A DNA stretch of 64,000 nt, from the NCBI GenBank assembly GCA_017453685.1, contig JAFTEL010000125.1, positions 5,025 through 69,024 on the forward strand, given 5' to 3'. Below, piece by piece: positions 34,105 to 43,688 of the stretch. Under the pieces are notes generated by a model. The model was not told where the DNA came from. It saw only the letters and a program-made list of their open reading frames with translations, and made no database searches. The DNA comes from Clostridia bacterium. Lineage in GTDB: Bacteria; Bacillota; Clostridia; Oscillospirales; Acutalibacteraceae. The position numbers and the translations under genes are program-made. Every line of letters starts with the position of its first letter. Position 1 is the first letter of the stretch.

Positions 34105-35691
34105 TTATTCATCCAGACTCTTTTTCTCATTGCCGATGGCTTTCTGCTGCTTTTTCAGGCTTTCCATGGCGTCGCTGTCGCCGTCGGTCACGGTGGCGGA
34201 CATCGCGGCACGGCGCGCCATAAGCTCTTCATACATCTTGTCGCGCTTCTTGCCGGCCAGGTCGTAGAAGAACAGCGGGATGACGCCGAACGAGGTCGTG
34301 ATCATGGGCAGCACCGTTGCCAGAGCGAACAGCCAGAACTGGGTGTCGTCGGTCTGCTTGGCGCCCTGCACGTATTTGTTGATGTCGTACCCGATAAAGT
34401 GCTTGAACATGGTGGAAACGTAGCCGCTGACCGTGCCGGCGAGCTTTTGCGCCAGCCCCTTGGCGGCGGAGGTCATCGCCTCGGTGCGGTAGCCGTTTTT
34501 CCATTCGCAGTAGTCCATGGCTTCGTTATACATTTCGTTCGGGATAACCGTGCGCACGCCCCAGAAGAACATATACGCCGTTTCCTGCAGGGTGTACGCA
34601 ATGCCCATGGGGATCAGGCGCTTATACATACCGTTTTTCTTGCCGCCGATACACCCGAAGAGGAACACGGGAATGGTGGCGATATCGATGCTGTAAGAGC
34701 CCATGATCGCCAAAAACCGCGTGGAAAACCGTTTGCGGAACCACGGCACCAACGCATAGGAGATCGGGTTGATGATCGCGCCGGGGATGCCGGTGATCAT
34801 GCCGAGAGAACCGAAGTTGAGCACGTCGATGAAATAATCCTGCTTGGAGCCGCTGAACAGCGAGAAGCCGCCCAGCGTGTCGTGCAGCGTCAGGAGCAGG
34901 ATGGGTTTGTTGTTGAGGATGGATTTGATACCCTCTTTGATGCTCGGGGTCTCGACCGACTGGATAACGCGCTCCTTGGCGATGGTGGCGAACCACAGCG
35001 CGGCGAGACCGCTGACGATCGAGCAGAACACGCCCATGCTCATAAACGCCGTGCGATAAGTGTGCTCCAGATTATCCGCGCCGATCAGACCGTTGCCGAT
35101 GAAATCCAGCAAAACGGTGAAGATCTGCTGCGGCAGCTTTTCGCCGAACATGCCGGAAAAGAACTGCGCCTGTGTGATGAGCCGCGTTCTTTCGATGGGA
35201 TTGGGCGTGATGGTCGCCAGCATACCGGTTCTGGCAAAGCCGCGGAAGGTGCCGCCCGTTTCACGCAGAAGCGCCAGCCCCAGATAGAGGGCGAACTTGG
35301 CGGTGGAAGCCGCCGACGCGTGCGGGAAGAACAGGGGCAGCAGCCAGAACATACAGGTCAGAATGGTCGCGGGGATGCCGAGCACGACAAGATAGGGCTT
35401 GAATTTGCCCCAGCGGGTGCGCGTCTTGTCAACGATCGCGCCGGAAAACGTGTCGTTCACGATATCCCAGATGCTGTTGATGGCGTCTGCCGTCGCCTTT
35501 TTACGCAGGTCGATCTTGAAAATATTGGTGATAAAGCGTGTCGCAAAAATGTCGATATTGAAGCTCTGCGCCATGTCGAAAATGACGTAGCCGACGGTTT
35601 CCTTCGTGCCGACGTAACGGCGGTTTTGTTTGGCGTAAAAGCCTTCGTCATGCTGCTGCACAGCTTCCTCTTTTATGTCTGTTTTAGCCAA
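34105..35691 (-). CDS. GPH/MFS-type glycoside:cation symporter-like transporter
   Basis: 'DKTRTRWGKFKPYL' and 'DYCEWKNGYRTEA'. Start re-set to the TTG at 35691, with AGGAG 8 nt upstream. The track start at 35946 would read through this gene's own promoter and the REP-like repeats. Confidence 0.75.
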   Translation of the reverse strand: MAKTDIKEEAVQQHDEGFYAKQNRRYVGTKETVGYVIFDMAQSFNIDIFATRFITNIFKIDLRKKATADAINSIWDIVNDTFSGAIVDKTRTRWGKFKPYLVVLGIPATILTCMFWLLPLFFPHASAASTAKFALYLGLALLRETGGTFRGFARTGMLATITPNPIERTRLITQAQFFSGMFGEKLPQQIFTVLLDFIGNGLIGADNLEHTYRTAFMSMGVFCSIVSGLAALWFATIAKERVIQSVETPSIKEGIKSILNNKPILLLTLHDTLGGFSLFSGSKQDYFIDVLNFGSLGMITGIPGAIINPISYALVPWFRKRFSTRFLAIMGSYSIDIATIPVFLFGCIGGKKNGMYKRLIPMGIAYTLQETAYMFFWGVRTVIPNEMYNEAMDYCEWKNGYRTEAMTSAAKGLAQKLAGTVSGYVSTMFKHFIGYDINKYVQGAKQTDDTQFWLFALATVLPMITTSFGVIPLFFYDLAGKKRDKMYEELMARRAAMSATVTDGDSDAMESLKKQQKAIGNEKKSLDE

Positions 35692-35722
35692 AAGATCAAC
35701 TCCTGACTTCGTGTTTTTGTTG

Positions 35723-35751
35723 ATTATAGCACACATTGTTTGGAATTGCAA
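35723..35751 (-). promoter_or_regulatory. Near-consensus promoter of the GPH transporter gene
   Basis: Minus strand reads TTGCAA (35751-35746), 17-nt spacer, extended -10 TGcTATAAT (-10 at 35728-35723). Confidence 0.6.
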
Positions 35752-35759
35752 GGGTTTGA

Positions 35760-35787
35760 GCCGATAGCGGATAGCCGATAGCGGATG
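35760..35787. repeat. Tandem 14-nt direct repeat
   Basis: GCCGATAGCGGATA followed by GCCGATAGCGGATG. Confidence 0.85.
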
Positions 35788-35810
35788 AATGTGGCATGTT
35801 TGAAAACCGG

Positions 35811-35965
35811 CTTCCCCTTTGAGGGGAAGCTGTCGAGGAGCAAAGCGACGAGACTGATGAGGTGGCGGCATTGTTTTTTTCATCTCATCAACGGCTGTCA
35901 TCTTGCAGCTTCGTTTCCACCTCATCCGCCTCACTACGTTCGGCACCTTCCCCTCAAGGGGAAGG
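35811..35965. repeat. Inverted pair of REP-like units (GC hairpin plus GATGAGGTGG box)
   Basis: Unit L: CTTCCCC-tttga-GGGGAAG (35811-35829) through GATGAGGTGG (35856-35865). Unit R, inverted: CCACCTCATC (35917-35926) through CCTTCCCC-tcaa-GGGGAAGG (35946-35965). Confidence 0.8.
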
Positions 35966-36143
35966 CGAATTAACCCAACGCTTTGCGCATAGAAAAAAGC
36001 ACGAACAAAAAAGAGGTCGAAATCAGGAGATTGAACATCTTAACTCTGACCTCTATATCTCTGCCTTCTGTAAACGATTTTTGAATGACGGCATGATTTG
36101 CTCAGGCGGCGCATACAATCCTGCTGTGAAAGGGTGTGACAAC

Positions 36144-36824
36144 ATGGATCAACTGGAAGATACCATTGAACAGTATAAGCAGGAACTGATGCGCTACGCC
36201 AAGGAAAACGGCAGAAACTACGCCGCGGAAAACGAGCCGCAGGCGAAAAAGAAAGAGGAACGGGAGCCGAAGCAGCCACAGGTTGAAGAAAAGGCGGAAG
36301 AGGATATCCCCGTTTGGAAAAAATATAAGAAAAACCGCCCGATGCCCGTCGAATATGAGGGCGAGAAAGCGGCGGAAGAAAGCAAAGCCGTCCTGCCGGG
36401 CAAGCCGGAAAACGACGAGCTGACGCAGGGCAGCGAACGCGAATACGGCAGCTTTGAGGAGTTTGAGCGGGAAAACCCCGCCAGGGGGATGCTGCGCATC
36501 CAGGCGTTCGCCGCGCAGCAGGCGTTTCCGGTCGTCAACGCCAAGATCGAGGTGGAAAAGGAATTTGAGGACGGCACGCACACGTTCTCCGAAGCCTACA
36601 CCGACATCAACGGCGTGGTGGAAAACATCACGCTGCCCACCAAGGACAAGAGCCTGTCGCAGGCGCCCGGCGGCGTGATCCCCTACACCACCTACACGGT
36701 CAAGGTCTCGCACCCGCACTTTGCGCCGATCGTGTTCTGCGAGGTGCCAATCTTTGACGGCATCGAATCGCTCCAGCCGGTCGCCATGGTGCAGGCGGGC
36801 AAAAAAGACGTCACGAACGAATAA
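36144..36824 (+). CDS. Carboxypeptidase-regulatory-like beta-sandwich domain protein (sporulation-associated, putative)
   Basis: Start trimmed to the ATG at 36144. N-terminal K/E-rich region, then 'LRIQAFAAQQAFPVVNAKIEV...YTVKVSHPHFAPIV'. A 12-nt gap separates it from the downstream cortex-lytic-like gene. Confidence 0.6.
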   Translation: MDQLEDTIEQYKQELMRYAKENGRNYAAENEPQAKKKEEREPKQPQVEEKAEEDIPVWKKYKKNRPMPVEYEGEKAAEESKAVLPGKPENDELTQGSEREYGSFEEFERENPARGMLRIQAFAAQQAFPVVNAKIEVEKEFEDGTHTFSEAYTDINGVVENITLPTKDKSLSQAPGGVIPYTTYTVKVSHPHFAPIVFCEVPIFDGIESLQPVAMVQAGKKDVTNE

Positions 36825-36836
36825 GGGGGAACGCGT

Positions 36837-38186
36837 ATGCTCACACCGAAGGTTCCCGAAACCATCGTCGTTCATTTGGGCGCGCCCAATCAGCCCGCGG
36901 AAAACGTGACCGTGCCGTTCAGCGATTACATCAAAAACGTCGCCTCCAGCGAATTGTATCCGACCTGGCCTGAAAACGCGCTGCGCGCCAACATTTACGC
37001 CATCGTGTCCTTCACGCTCAACCGTGTTTACACCGAATTCTACCGCAGTCAAGGCTATGATTTCGACATCACCTCCACCACGCAGTACGATCAGAAATTC
37101 ATCAAAGGGCGCGATATTTTCGGCAGCGTCAACACGCTGGTGGATGAGCTGTTCAACGACTACGTGACCAAGGGCGACCAGATCCAGCCCTATTTCACCA
37201 CCTACTGCAGCGGCACGACCGTGACCTGCGACGGGCTGTCGCAATGGGGCACGGTAACGCTGGCCAGGCAGGGGCTGACGCCGCTGCAAATTTTGCAATA
37301 CTACTACGGCGACGATATCCAAATCGTGGAAAACGCGCCGATCACCGCCAATGTGAAATCCTATCCCGGCGTTCTGTTCCGGCTGGGCAGCTTCGGCGAC
37401 GAGGTGCTGGATATCCAGCGCGAGCTCAACCGCATCGCCGCCAATTACCCCTCCATCCCGCGCATTCCCGAAACCAACGGCATTTTCGACCAACCGACTC
37501 ACCGCGCCGTGGAACAGTTTCAGCGCATTTTCAATCTGCCGGTCGACGGCGTCGTGGGCAAGGGCACGTGGTATAAGCTCAAGCAGATTTATAACGGCGT
37601 CAAGCGGCTGTCGGAGCTGTATTCCGAGGGCATCACGCTCACGGAGACCCAGCAGGTCTACCGCTCCGCCCTGCGCTACGGCGACCGCGGCACGGACGTG
37701 GGCATCGTGCAGTATTATCTCTCGTTCATCGGGCGGTTTTACGACACCATCCCCGTCATCGCCATCGACAGCATTTTCGGCAGTGAAACACGCGATGCGG
37801 TGTACGCGTTTCAAAACCAGTTCGGGCTGACGGTGGACGGCGTCGTCGGGCGGCAGACGTGGTACGCGCTGCAGGACGAATACGACCGCATCCTGCGTTC
37901 CCTGCCCGAAGAATACATGACCTACTCCTCCCTGCTCTACCCGGGTTATTTCATCACCACGGGCGCGAGCGGCAAGGTAGTGGAGCAAGTGCAGACCATG
38001 CTGCAGGTGATCGCCGAGGGCGACGGCGACGTGCCGATGATCACCGTGGACGGCGTCTACGGCGCGCAGACCATGGCGGCGGTCAAGACGGTGCAGCGGC
38101 TCAACGGGCTGCCCGAAACCGGCTACGTCGGTCCGCTGACGTGGAACGCCATCGTGAACCTGTTCAATCAATATCGCAGTTTTTAG
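36837..38186 (+). CDS. SleC/SpoIID-like peptidoglycan hydrolase with three PG_binding_1 repeats (spore cortex-lytic enzyme-like)
   Basis: N-terminal domain 'YIKNVASSELYPTWPENALRANIYAIVSFTLNRVY'. Three 'G..V..(I/V)Q..L......DG(V/I)(F/Y)G..T..AV..FQ' repeats. Confidence 0.7.
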   Translation: MLTPKVPETIVVHLGAPNQPAENVTVPFSDYIKNVASSELYPTWPENALRANIYAIVSFTLNRVYTEFYRSQGYDFDITSTTQYDQKFIKGRDIFGSVNTLVDELFNDYVTKGDQIQPYFTTYCSGTTVTCDGLSQWGTVTLARQGLTPLQILQYYYGDDIQIVENAPITANVKSYPGVLFRLGSFGDEVLDIQRELNRIAANYPSIPRIPETNGIFDQPTHRAVEQFQRIFNLPVDGVVGKGTWYKLKQIYNGVKRLSELYSEGITLTETQQVYRSALRYGDRGTDVGIVQYYLSFIGRFYDTIPVIAIDSIFGSETRDAVYAFQNQFGLTVDGVVGRQTWYALQDEYDRILRSLPEEYMTYSSLLYPGYFITTGASGKVVEQVQTMLQVIAEGDGDVPMITVDGVYGAQTMAAVKTVQRLNGLPETGYVGPLTWNAIVNLFNQYRSF

Positions 38187-38257
38187 CAGAAAAAAGTATA
38201 ACGCCCCGTAAAAGTCTCAAACTATATTATGTTTGAGATTTACGGGGAGTTGATGAT

Positions 38258-39682
38258 TTGGCGAAAACGACTTTTACCTCTTCTTTTGCGCAAAACTGCG
38301 CCCTGCTGGATGAGGCGCTGCGCGTGGACAAAAGCTTCGATCTGGTGACGAGAAACCTGATCGTCGCCGAAAGACGGGCGCGGCTGTATTTCATCGACGG
38401 CATGACAAAGGACGAAAACATGACCAAGCTCATGCAGTTCTGGCTCGGGCTGACGGCGGACAAGCTCAAAGGCGTTCAAACGACGAGAGACTTTGCCGAC
38501 CGCTTTGTCGCCTTCACCGAGACCGACGTGACCGCCGAATTGGAAACGGCGCAGACCTTCATCCTTTCGGGCATGATGGGCGCGCTGGTCGAGGGGTTTT
38601 CGGAATTGATCCTGATCGACGTGCGAGCATATCCGAACCGCGGCGTGGGCGAGCCGGAAAACGACAAGGTGCTGCGCGGCGCGCATGACGGTTTCACCGA
38701 AACGCTGATCTTCAACACCGCGCTCATCCGCCGCCGCACGCGCAACCCGATGCTGACCATGGAATACGTCAGCGTGGGCAGGCTTTCGCGCAACGACGCG
38801 TGCCTGTGCTACATCGCCGACCGCGTGGAACCCAAAACGCTGGAACAGCTGCGGGAACGCCTGAAAAAGATAAAGCTTTCCAACCTCGTGATGGGGCAGG
38901 AAAGCGTGGCGGAGGCATTGCTGCGAAAGCAGCATTTCAACCCGTTCCCGAAGGTGCGCTACACCGAGCGCCCCGACACGGCGGCAGCGAGCATCAACGA
39001 GGGCGGCATCGTGCTGCTGGTGGACAACTCCCCTTCCGCCATTTTAGCCTCGACCGGGGTATTCGACTATTTGCAGGACACGAACGATTATTACTTTCCG
39101 CCCATCGTCGGCACTTATCTGCGCGTGGTGCGCATGCTCATTTTCGCGCTGACGCTGCTGCTCACACCCATCTGGCTGCTGCTCATCCAGAACGAAAGCG
39201 TCATCCCGCACTGGCTGTCGTTCATCAAGATCGCCGACCCGTATATCCTGCCTCCGTTCGCCCAACTGCTCGTGGGTGAAATCGTCATCGATGCGCTGAA
39301 ATTGGCGTCGCTCAACACGCCCAGCGCCCTGAGCAACTCGCTGAGCATCGTGGGCGCGCTGGTGCTGGGCGAATTTGCCGTGCGGGCGGGCTGGATGAGC
39401 GCGGAGGTGGTACTGTATATGTCGTTCGTCGCCATTTCCAACTTCACGCAGCCGAGCTATGAACTGGCCTATGCCTTCAAGCTGTGCCGCATGGCGCTGG
39501 TGGTGCTGGTGGCGCTGTTCGATCTGTGGGGCTTTATCGCCGGCATCGTCGGCGTCATTCTGCTCATTGCCCTCAATCCGACGCTGACGGGCCAATGCTA
39601 CCTCTACCCCCTCATCCCGTTTGACGGCAAAAAGCTCTCGCGCCTGCTGGTCAGGCGCAAGCTCGACCGCTATAACAATTGA
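38258..39682 (+). CDS. GerA-family spore germination protein (A-subunit / SpoVAF-like)
   Basis: TTG start with GGGGAG 8 nt upstream. Motifs 'EPENDKVLRGAHDGFTETLIFNTALIRRR', 'TERPDTAAASINEGGIVLLVDNSPSAI' and 'DYYF', plus C-terminal TM helices. Confidence 0.8.
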   Translation: MAKTTFTSSFAQNCALLDEALRVDKSFDLVTRNLIVAERRARLYFIDGMTKDENMTKLMQFWLGLTADKLKGVQTTRDFADRFVAFTETDVTAELETAQTFILSGMMGALVEGFSELILIDVRAYPNRGVGEPENDKVLRGAHDGFTETLIFNTALIRRRTRNPMLTMEYVSVGRLSRNDACLCYIADRVEPKTLEQLRERLKKIKLSNLVMGQESVAEALLRKQHFNPFPKVRYTERPDTAAASINEGGIVLLVDNSPSAILASTGVFDYLQDTNDYYFPPIVGTYLRVVRMLIFALTLLLTPIWLLLIQNESVIPHWLSFIKIADPYILPPFAQLLVGEIVIDALKLASLNTPSALSNSLSIVGALVLGEFAVRAGWMSAEVVLYMSFVAISNFTQPSYELAYAFKLCRMALVVLVALFDLWGFIAGIVGVILLIALNPTLTGQCYLYPLIPFDGKKLSRLLVRRKLDRYNN

Positions 39683-39687
39683 AAAAA

Positions 39688-39713
39688 CCGCCATGCAGTT
39701 TTCTGCACGGCGG
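39688..39713. terminator. Bidirectional terminator between convergent germination gene and sigA
   Basis: CCGCCATGCA / TGCACGGCGG stem with one mismatch, flanked by an A-run and a T-rich run. Confidence 0.55.
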
Positions 39714-39728
39714 CTTGCTATTTTATAT

Positions 39729-40829
39729 TTAGTGGCGCTCCAAAAAGTCCTTGAGGTGCTTGCTGCGGCTGGGGTGGCGGAGCTTGCGCAGCGCCTTCGC
39801 CTCGATCTGACGGATGCGTTCACGCGTGACGTTGAACTCCTTGCCCACTTCCTCGAGGGTTCTCTGATGCCCGTCTTCCAAACCGAAACGCAGCGAGATC
39901 ACTTTTTTTTCGCGCGGGGTCAGCGTGCTGAGCACTTCGTCGATGGATTCCTTGAGCAGGCTGTTGGAAGCGGCGTCCACGGGAGAAAGCGCGTCCTCAT
40001 CGGGAATGAAGTCGCCGAGATGGCTGTCTTCCTCCTCGCCGATGGGCGTTTCGAGGGAGACCGGCTCCTGCGCCACGCGCAGGATCTCGCGCACCTTATC
40101 CACCGACATATCCAATTCGGCGGCGATCTCCTCGGCGCTCGGGTCGCGCCCGATCTTATGAAGCAGCTGGCTGTTGGTCTTTTTGACCTTGTTGATCGTT
40201 TCGACCATATGCACGGGGATACGGATGGTCCTCGCCTGATCGGCGATGGCTCTGGTGATCGCCTGACGGATCCACCACGTGGCATGAGTGGAGAATTTGA
40301 AGCCCTTGGTATAGTCGAACTTATCGACCGCCTTGATCAAACCGAGGTTGCCCTCCTGAATGAGATCAAGGAACTGCATCCCGCGGCCGACATAACGCTT
40401 GGCGATGCTGACAACCAGACGAAGGTTTGCTTCGGCAAGGCGCGCCTTCGCCGCCTCGTCGTTATTGTTGATGCGAATGGCAAGGTTGATCTCCTCTTCC
40501 GGCGTCAGCAGCGGCACATGACCGATCTCTTTTAAGTATACCTTGACCGGATCATCCATGGCGAGGCTTTTGGATTCGCCCGCGCCGGAAGAATCCGATC
40601 CGTTCTTGCCCTCGGTCTCAAAGGCGATGGCTTCCAAAGCGATATCGCTCAGGTCGTCGATGATCTTGATATTCTGATTCTCGATCGTTTCATACAGGCT
40701 GTCCAGCTCGTCCAGATCCAGATCCATTTCTTCCATGGCCGCGTCGATCTCATGGGTGGTCAGCTTGCCGCTGAGCTTGCCCTTTTCGATCAGCTGCCGC
40801 AACGCGTTCTTTCTCTCTGCTGCTTCCAT
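39729..40829 (-). CDS. sigA: Primary RNA polymerase sigma factor (sigma-70/SigA)
   Basis: Regions 1.2 to 4. '[17 protein letters not shown]', 'IRIPVHM' and '[29 protein letters not shown]'. Start trimmed to the ATG at 40829, with AAGGAG 7 nt upstream. Confidence 0.93.
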   Translation of the reverse strand: MEAAERKNALRQLIEKGKLSGKLTTHEIDAAMEEMDLDLDELDSLYETIENQNIKIIDDLSDIALEAIAFETEGKNGSDSSGAGESKSLAMDDPVKVYLKEIGHVPLLTPEEEINLAIRINNNDEAAKARLAEANLRLVVSIAKRYVGRGMQFLDLIQEGNLGLIKAVDKFDYTKGFKFSTHATWWIRQAITRAIADQARTIRIPVHMVETINKVKKTNSQLLHKIGRDPSAEEIAAELDMSVDKVREILRVAQEPVSLETPIGEEEDSHLGDFIPDEDALSPVDAASNSLLKESIDEVLSTLTPREKKVISLRFGLEDGHQRTLEEVGKEFNVTRERIRQIEAKALRKLRHPSRSKHLKDFLERH

Positions 40830-40850
40830 ATTCCTTCTCCTTGTCAATTC

Positions 40851-42599
40851 TTATTTGAAGAGCTTGGAAAACTCTTCGTCGCTGAAAGAAGAAACATCGC
40901 CCACATCCGCTTTATTCTTCTCCTCTTTCAAGCGATTTATGCACTCGACGCACTCGGCGCCGCTGTTGCCCGAAGGGACGCCGGCGTTGATCACGCCGGT
41001 CAGACGACCGATCTCCTCGGTCGAAAAGTATTGCGCCAAAATCGTGATATCCGGCTGTTCCGCGTTTTGCAGATAGGGCAGGATCACCTGAAAGACCCGC
41101 CTGTAAAACTCGGATAAGAACAGCTCTTCACTCAGTTGATCGCCCAACTGACGGTAAAGCGCCGGATCACGCACGAGGTTCGCGATCAGCCGTTCCTCGG
41201 CGCGCACCGCGCCGAGATTGGCGGTGACGGCAACGCTTTTATCCGAGGAAAACGACTGCGTCTGGATCTTGCGGAACGCTTCCCGCTCCTGCCCCACCTT
41301 GCGGCGGCGGCGCGCGGCGCGCACCTGATTGGAAATGGATTCCTTGGAAATGCCCAAATCGTTCGACAACCGGGCCTCGTAAACGTCGCGCTCGATGTCG
41401 GAATCGATCGACGCCAGAATCCCGACCGCTTCCCGCATGAAGTTGATCTTGCCGTCGTCCGTGCTCACGTCAAACGGCTGCCGCGTTTTGTTCAGGCGGA
41501 ACTCAATATCGTTCGCCGCGCCGTCCACAATGGCGCGGAACCGCTCGGGACCGTACTTTTTTATGATCTCGTCGGGGTCTTTGCCGCCGCTGAGCGCCAG
41601 CACGCGCACCTTGACGCCGACCTTGGAAAACGCCGCGATCGCCCGCTGGACTGCCTTCTGCCCCGCCTCGTCGGAGTCGTAAGAGAGCAGCACCTCATCG
41701 GCATAACGGCTCACCAGATTCACCTGTTCGTCCGGCAGCGCCGTGCCCAGACAGGCGATGCTGTTGGTGAAGCCCGCCTGATGCAGCGCAATGGTGTCCA
41801 TATACCCTTCCGTGAGGATCAATCGGCGCTCGCCGCTGCTTTTGGCAAAGTTCAGCCCGAAAACGCCGGCGCCTTTTTTATAGACCAGCGTATCGGACGT
41901 GTTGATGTATTTCGGCTTGGAATCATCCAGCACCCTGCCGCCGAACGCGACCACATTGCCGTTGACGTCGATGATCGGCACGATGGCTCGGTTGCGGAAA
42001 TTGTCGTAATAGTTGACCTTTCCGTTCTTTTCGCTTTTGCGCGCCAGATTGGCGTCGACCAATTCGGGCATGGAAAAACCTTTTTGGTGAAGATGATCGC
42101 ACAGCGCGTGCCACTCGTTCGGCGCGTAGCCCAGCCCGAAATGGCGAATGGTGCTCATGGTGTAGCCGCGGTCAAGCAGATAATCGAGGCACCCGCGTCC
42201 CTGCGGACTCATCAGACAATCGTGGAAAAAGCGCGCCGCCTCGCGGTTCGCCGCCAGCATCCGGCGGCGGCGATTGCTCACGCCGTCGTCAAACCCGTCC
42301 TCCGGCAGAGGCATGTTCACCCGCTGCGCCAGGGTCTTGACGGCGTCGAGATAGCCGAGATTGTCGATGCGGCGGATAAATGTGATCACGTCGCCGCCCG
42401 CGCCGCAGCCGAAGCAGTAAAACGACTGCGTGTCCAAATAAACCGTAAAAGACGGCGTTTTTTCGTTGTGAAACGGGCAGAGCCCCTTCATGGTGCTGCC
42501 GTGGCGGCGGAGATTGACATAAGAAGACACGACCTCGGAAATTTCGTTCTTATCCCGAAGCTCGCGTAAATAATCTTCATTGATTCTTCGTTCCGCCAT
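40851..42599 (-). CDS. dnaG: DNA primase
   Basis: Zinc ribbon 'CPFHNEKTPSF...CFGCGAGGD' and Toprim 'LTEGYMD...DSDEAGQKA'. Confidence 0.93.
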   Translation of the reverse strand: MAERRINEDYLRELRDKNEISEVVSSYVNLRRHGSTMKGLCPFHNEKTPSFTVYLDTQSFYCFGCGAGGDVITFIRRIDNLGYLDAVKTLAQRVNMPLPEDGFDDGVSNRRRRMLAANREAARFFHDCLMSPQGRGCLDYLLDRGYTMSTIRHFGLGYAPNEWHALCDHLHQKGFSMPELVDANLARKSEKNGKVNYYDNFRNRAIVPIIDVNGNVVAFGGRVLDDSKPKYINTSDTLVYKKGAGVFGLNFAKSSGERRLILTEGYMDTIALHQAGFTNSIACLGTALPDEQVNLVSRYADEVLLSYDSDEAGQKAVQRAIAAFSKVGVKVRVLALSGGKDPDEIIKKYGPERFRAIVDGAANDIEFRLNKTRQPFDVSTDDGKINFMREAVGILASIDSDIERDVYEARLSNDLGISKESISNQVRAARRRRKVGQEREAFRKIQTQSFSSDKSVAVTANLGAVRAEERLIANLVRDPALYRQLGDQLSEELFLSEFYRRVFQVILPYLQNAEQPDITILAQYFSTEEIGRLTGVINAGVPSGNSGAECVECINRLKEEKNKADVGDVSSFSDEEFSKLFK

Positions 42600-42613
42600 A
42601 GAAAAACGACTCC

Positions 42614-43612
42614 TCAGATGGGCCAGGAATCCGGTACGAACAGGGTCTGGAAGGTGTGGACGGCATAGCGGTCGCTCATGCCGGCAATATAATCACAGAT
42701 GGCTCGGTCGGAGCCTTCGCGCAGACAGATTTCTTCAAACGGGTTAGGAAGCTTGTCCGGATGCTCGCTGTAATACTCATAGAGCATCTCGATCATGTGC
42801 GCCGCCTTGCCCTCTTCACTTTTGCAGTAGGGGTTGGTGTAGACCTTCAGGAACATGAAGGAATGCAGCTCATCAAAGGCCTCCTGCACGTCCTGCGCCA
42901 GACAAATATCGAACTCGCTGTTTTCGATCGTGGAGCGGACGAGCGTGTTGATCCGCTTGGATTTTGAATGGCCGAGCGCCTTGCGGAGCGCGGCTGGGAT
43001 ATCGGTCTCGCTCATCACGCCGGCATGGATGGAATCCTCGATATCGTGGTTGACATAAGCGATGCGATCCGCCAGACGAACGATGCGCCCCTCTAACGTC
43101 ATCGCCGGTTCGCCGCCCGTGTGGCGTTCGATGCCGTTGAGCACTTCTTTGGTGAGGTTCAGCCCCCTGCCGTCTTTTTCCAGGCAGCGGCAGACGCGAA
43201 CGCTCTGCTCATAATGCGTGAAGCCGCCGGGATAGAGCTCGTTGAGCGCGCGCTCCCCCGCGTGACCGAACGGCGTATGCCCCAGATCGTGCCCCAAAGC
43301 GATGGCTTCGGTCAGGTTTTCGTTGAGCCGAAGCGCCACGGCGATGGTGCGGGCGATCTGCGTCACTTCCAGCGTATGTGTCAGACGGGTGCGGTAATGG
43401 TCGCCCTCGGGCGACAAAAACACCTGCGTTTTATGCTTCAAGCGGCGGAAGGCGTTGGAATGGATGATGCGGTCACGGTCGCGCTGCCAGCAGGTGCGGA
43501 TATCGTCCGCCGGTTCCTCCTTCTCTCTGCCGAGGGAATGATCGGCAAAGGAAGCGAGAGAGGACAGCGTTTTATGTTCGTTTTGTTCCGTGATTTCCCT
43601 GATTTTCGGCAC
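42614..43612 (-). CDS. dGTPase-like HD-domain triphosphohydrolase
   Basis: 'RDRDRIIHS.AFRRLK.KTQVF', 'HYRTRLTHTLEV' and 'LGHDLGHTPFGH'. Confidence 0.85.
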   Translation of the reverse strand: MPKIREITEQNEHKTLSSLASFADHSLGREKEEPADDIRTCWQRDRDRIIHSNAFRRLKHKTQVFLSPEGDHYRTRLTHTLEVTQIARTIAVALRLNENLTEAIALGHDLGHTPFGHAGERALNELYPGGFTHYEQSVRVCRCLEKDGRGLNLTKEVLNGIERHTGGEPAMTLEGRIVRLADRIAYVNHDIEDSIHAGVMSETDIPAALRKALGHSKSKRINTLVRSTIENSEFDICLAQDVQEAFDELHSFMFLKVYTNPYCKSEEGKAAHMIEMLYEYYSEHPDKLPNPFEEICLREGSDRAICDYIAGMSDRYAVHTFQTLFVPDSWPI

Positions 43613-43688
43613 GTTTCCGCCTCCTTTCCGGCTATATGCTGTATATTACACCGCAAAAGCGGTAAACCCTTTATTTTTGTCGAAAAAA

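Noticed and set aside
34105-35946. Long N-terminal extensions of the GPH transporter (track start 35946) and of the 35862-36824 ORF.
   Set aside because: Both extensions translate the REP-like palindromes. A consensus promoter (35723-35751) and good RBS/start pairs (TTG at 35691, ATG at 36144) lie downstream of the extended starts.
36102-38171. 689-aa minus-strand ORF.
   Set aside because: It is antisense to the CarboxypepD_reg-like and SleC-like genes. It has no recognisable motifs and shadow-frame composition.
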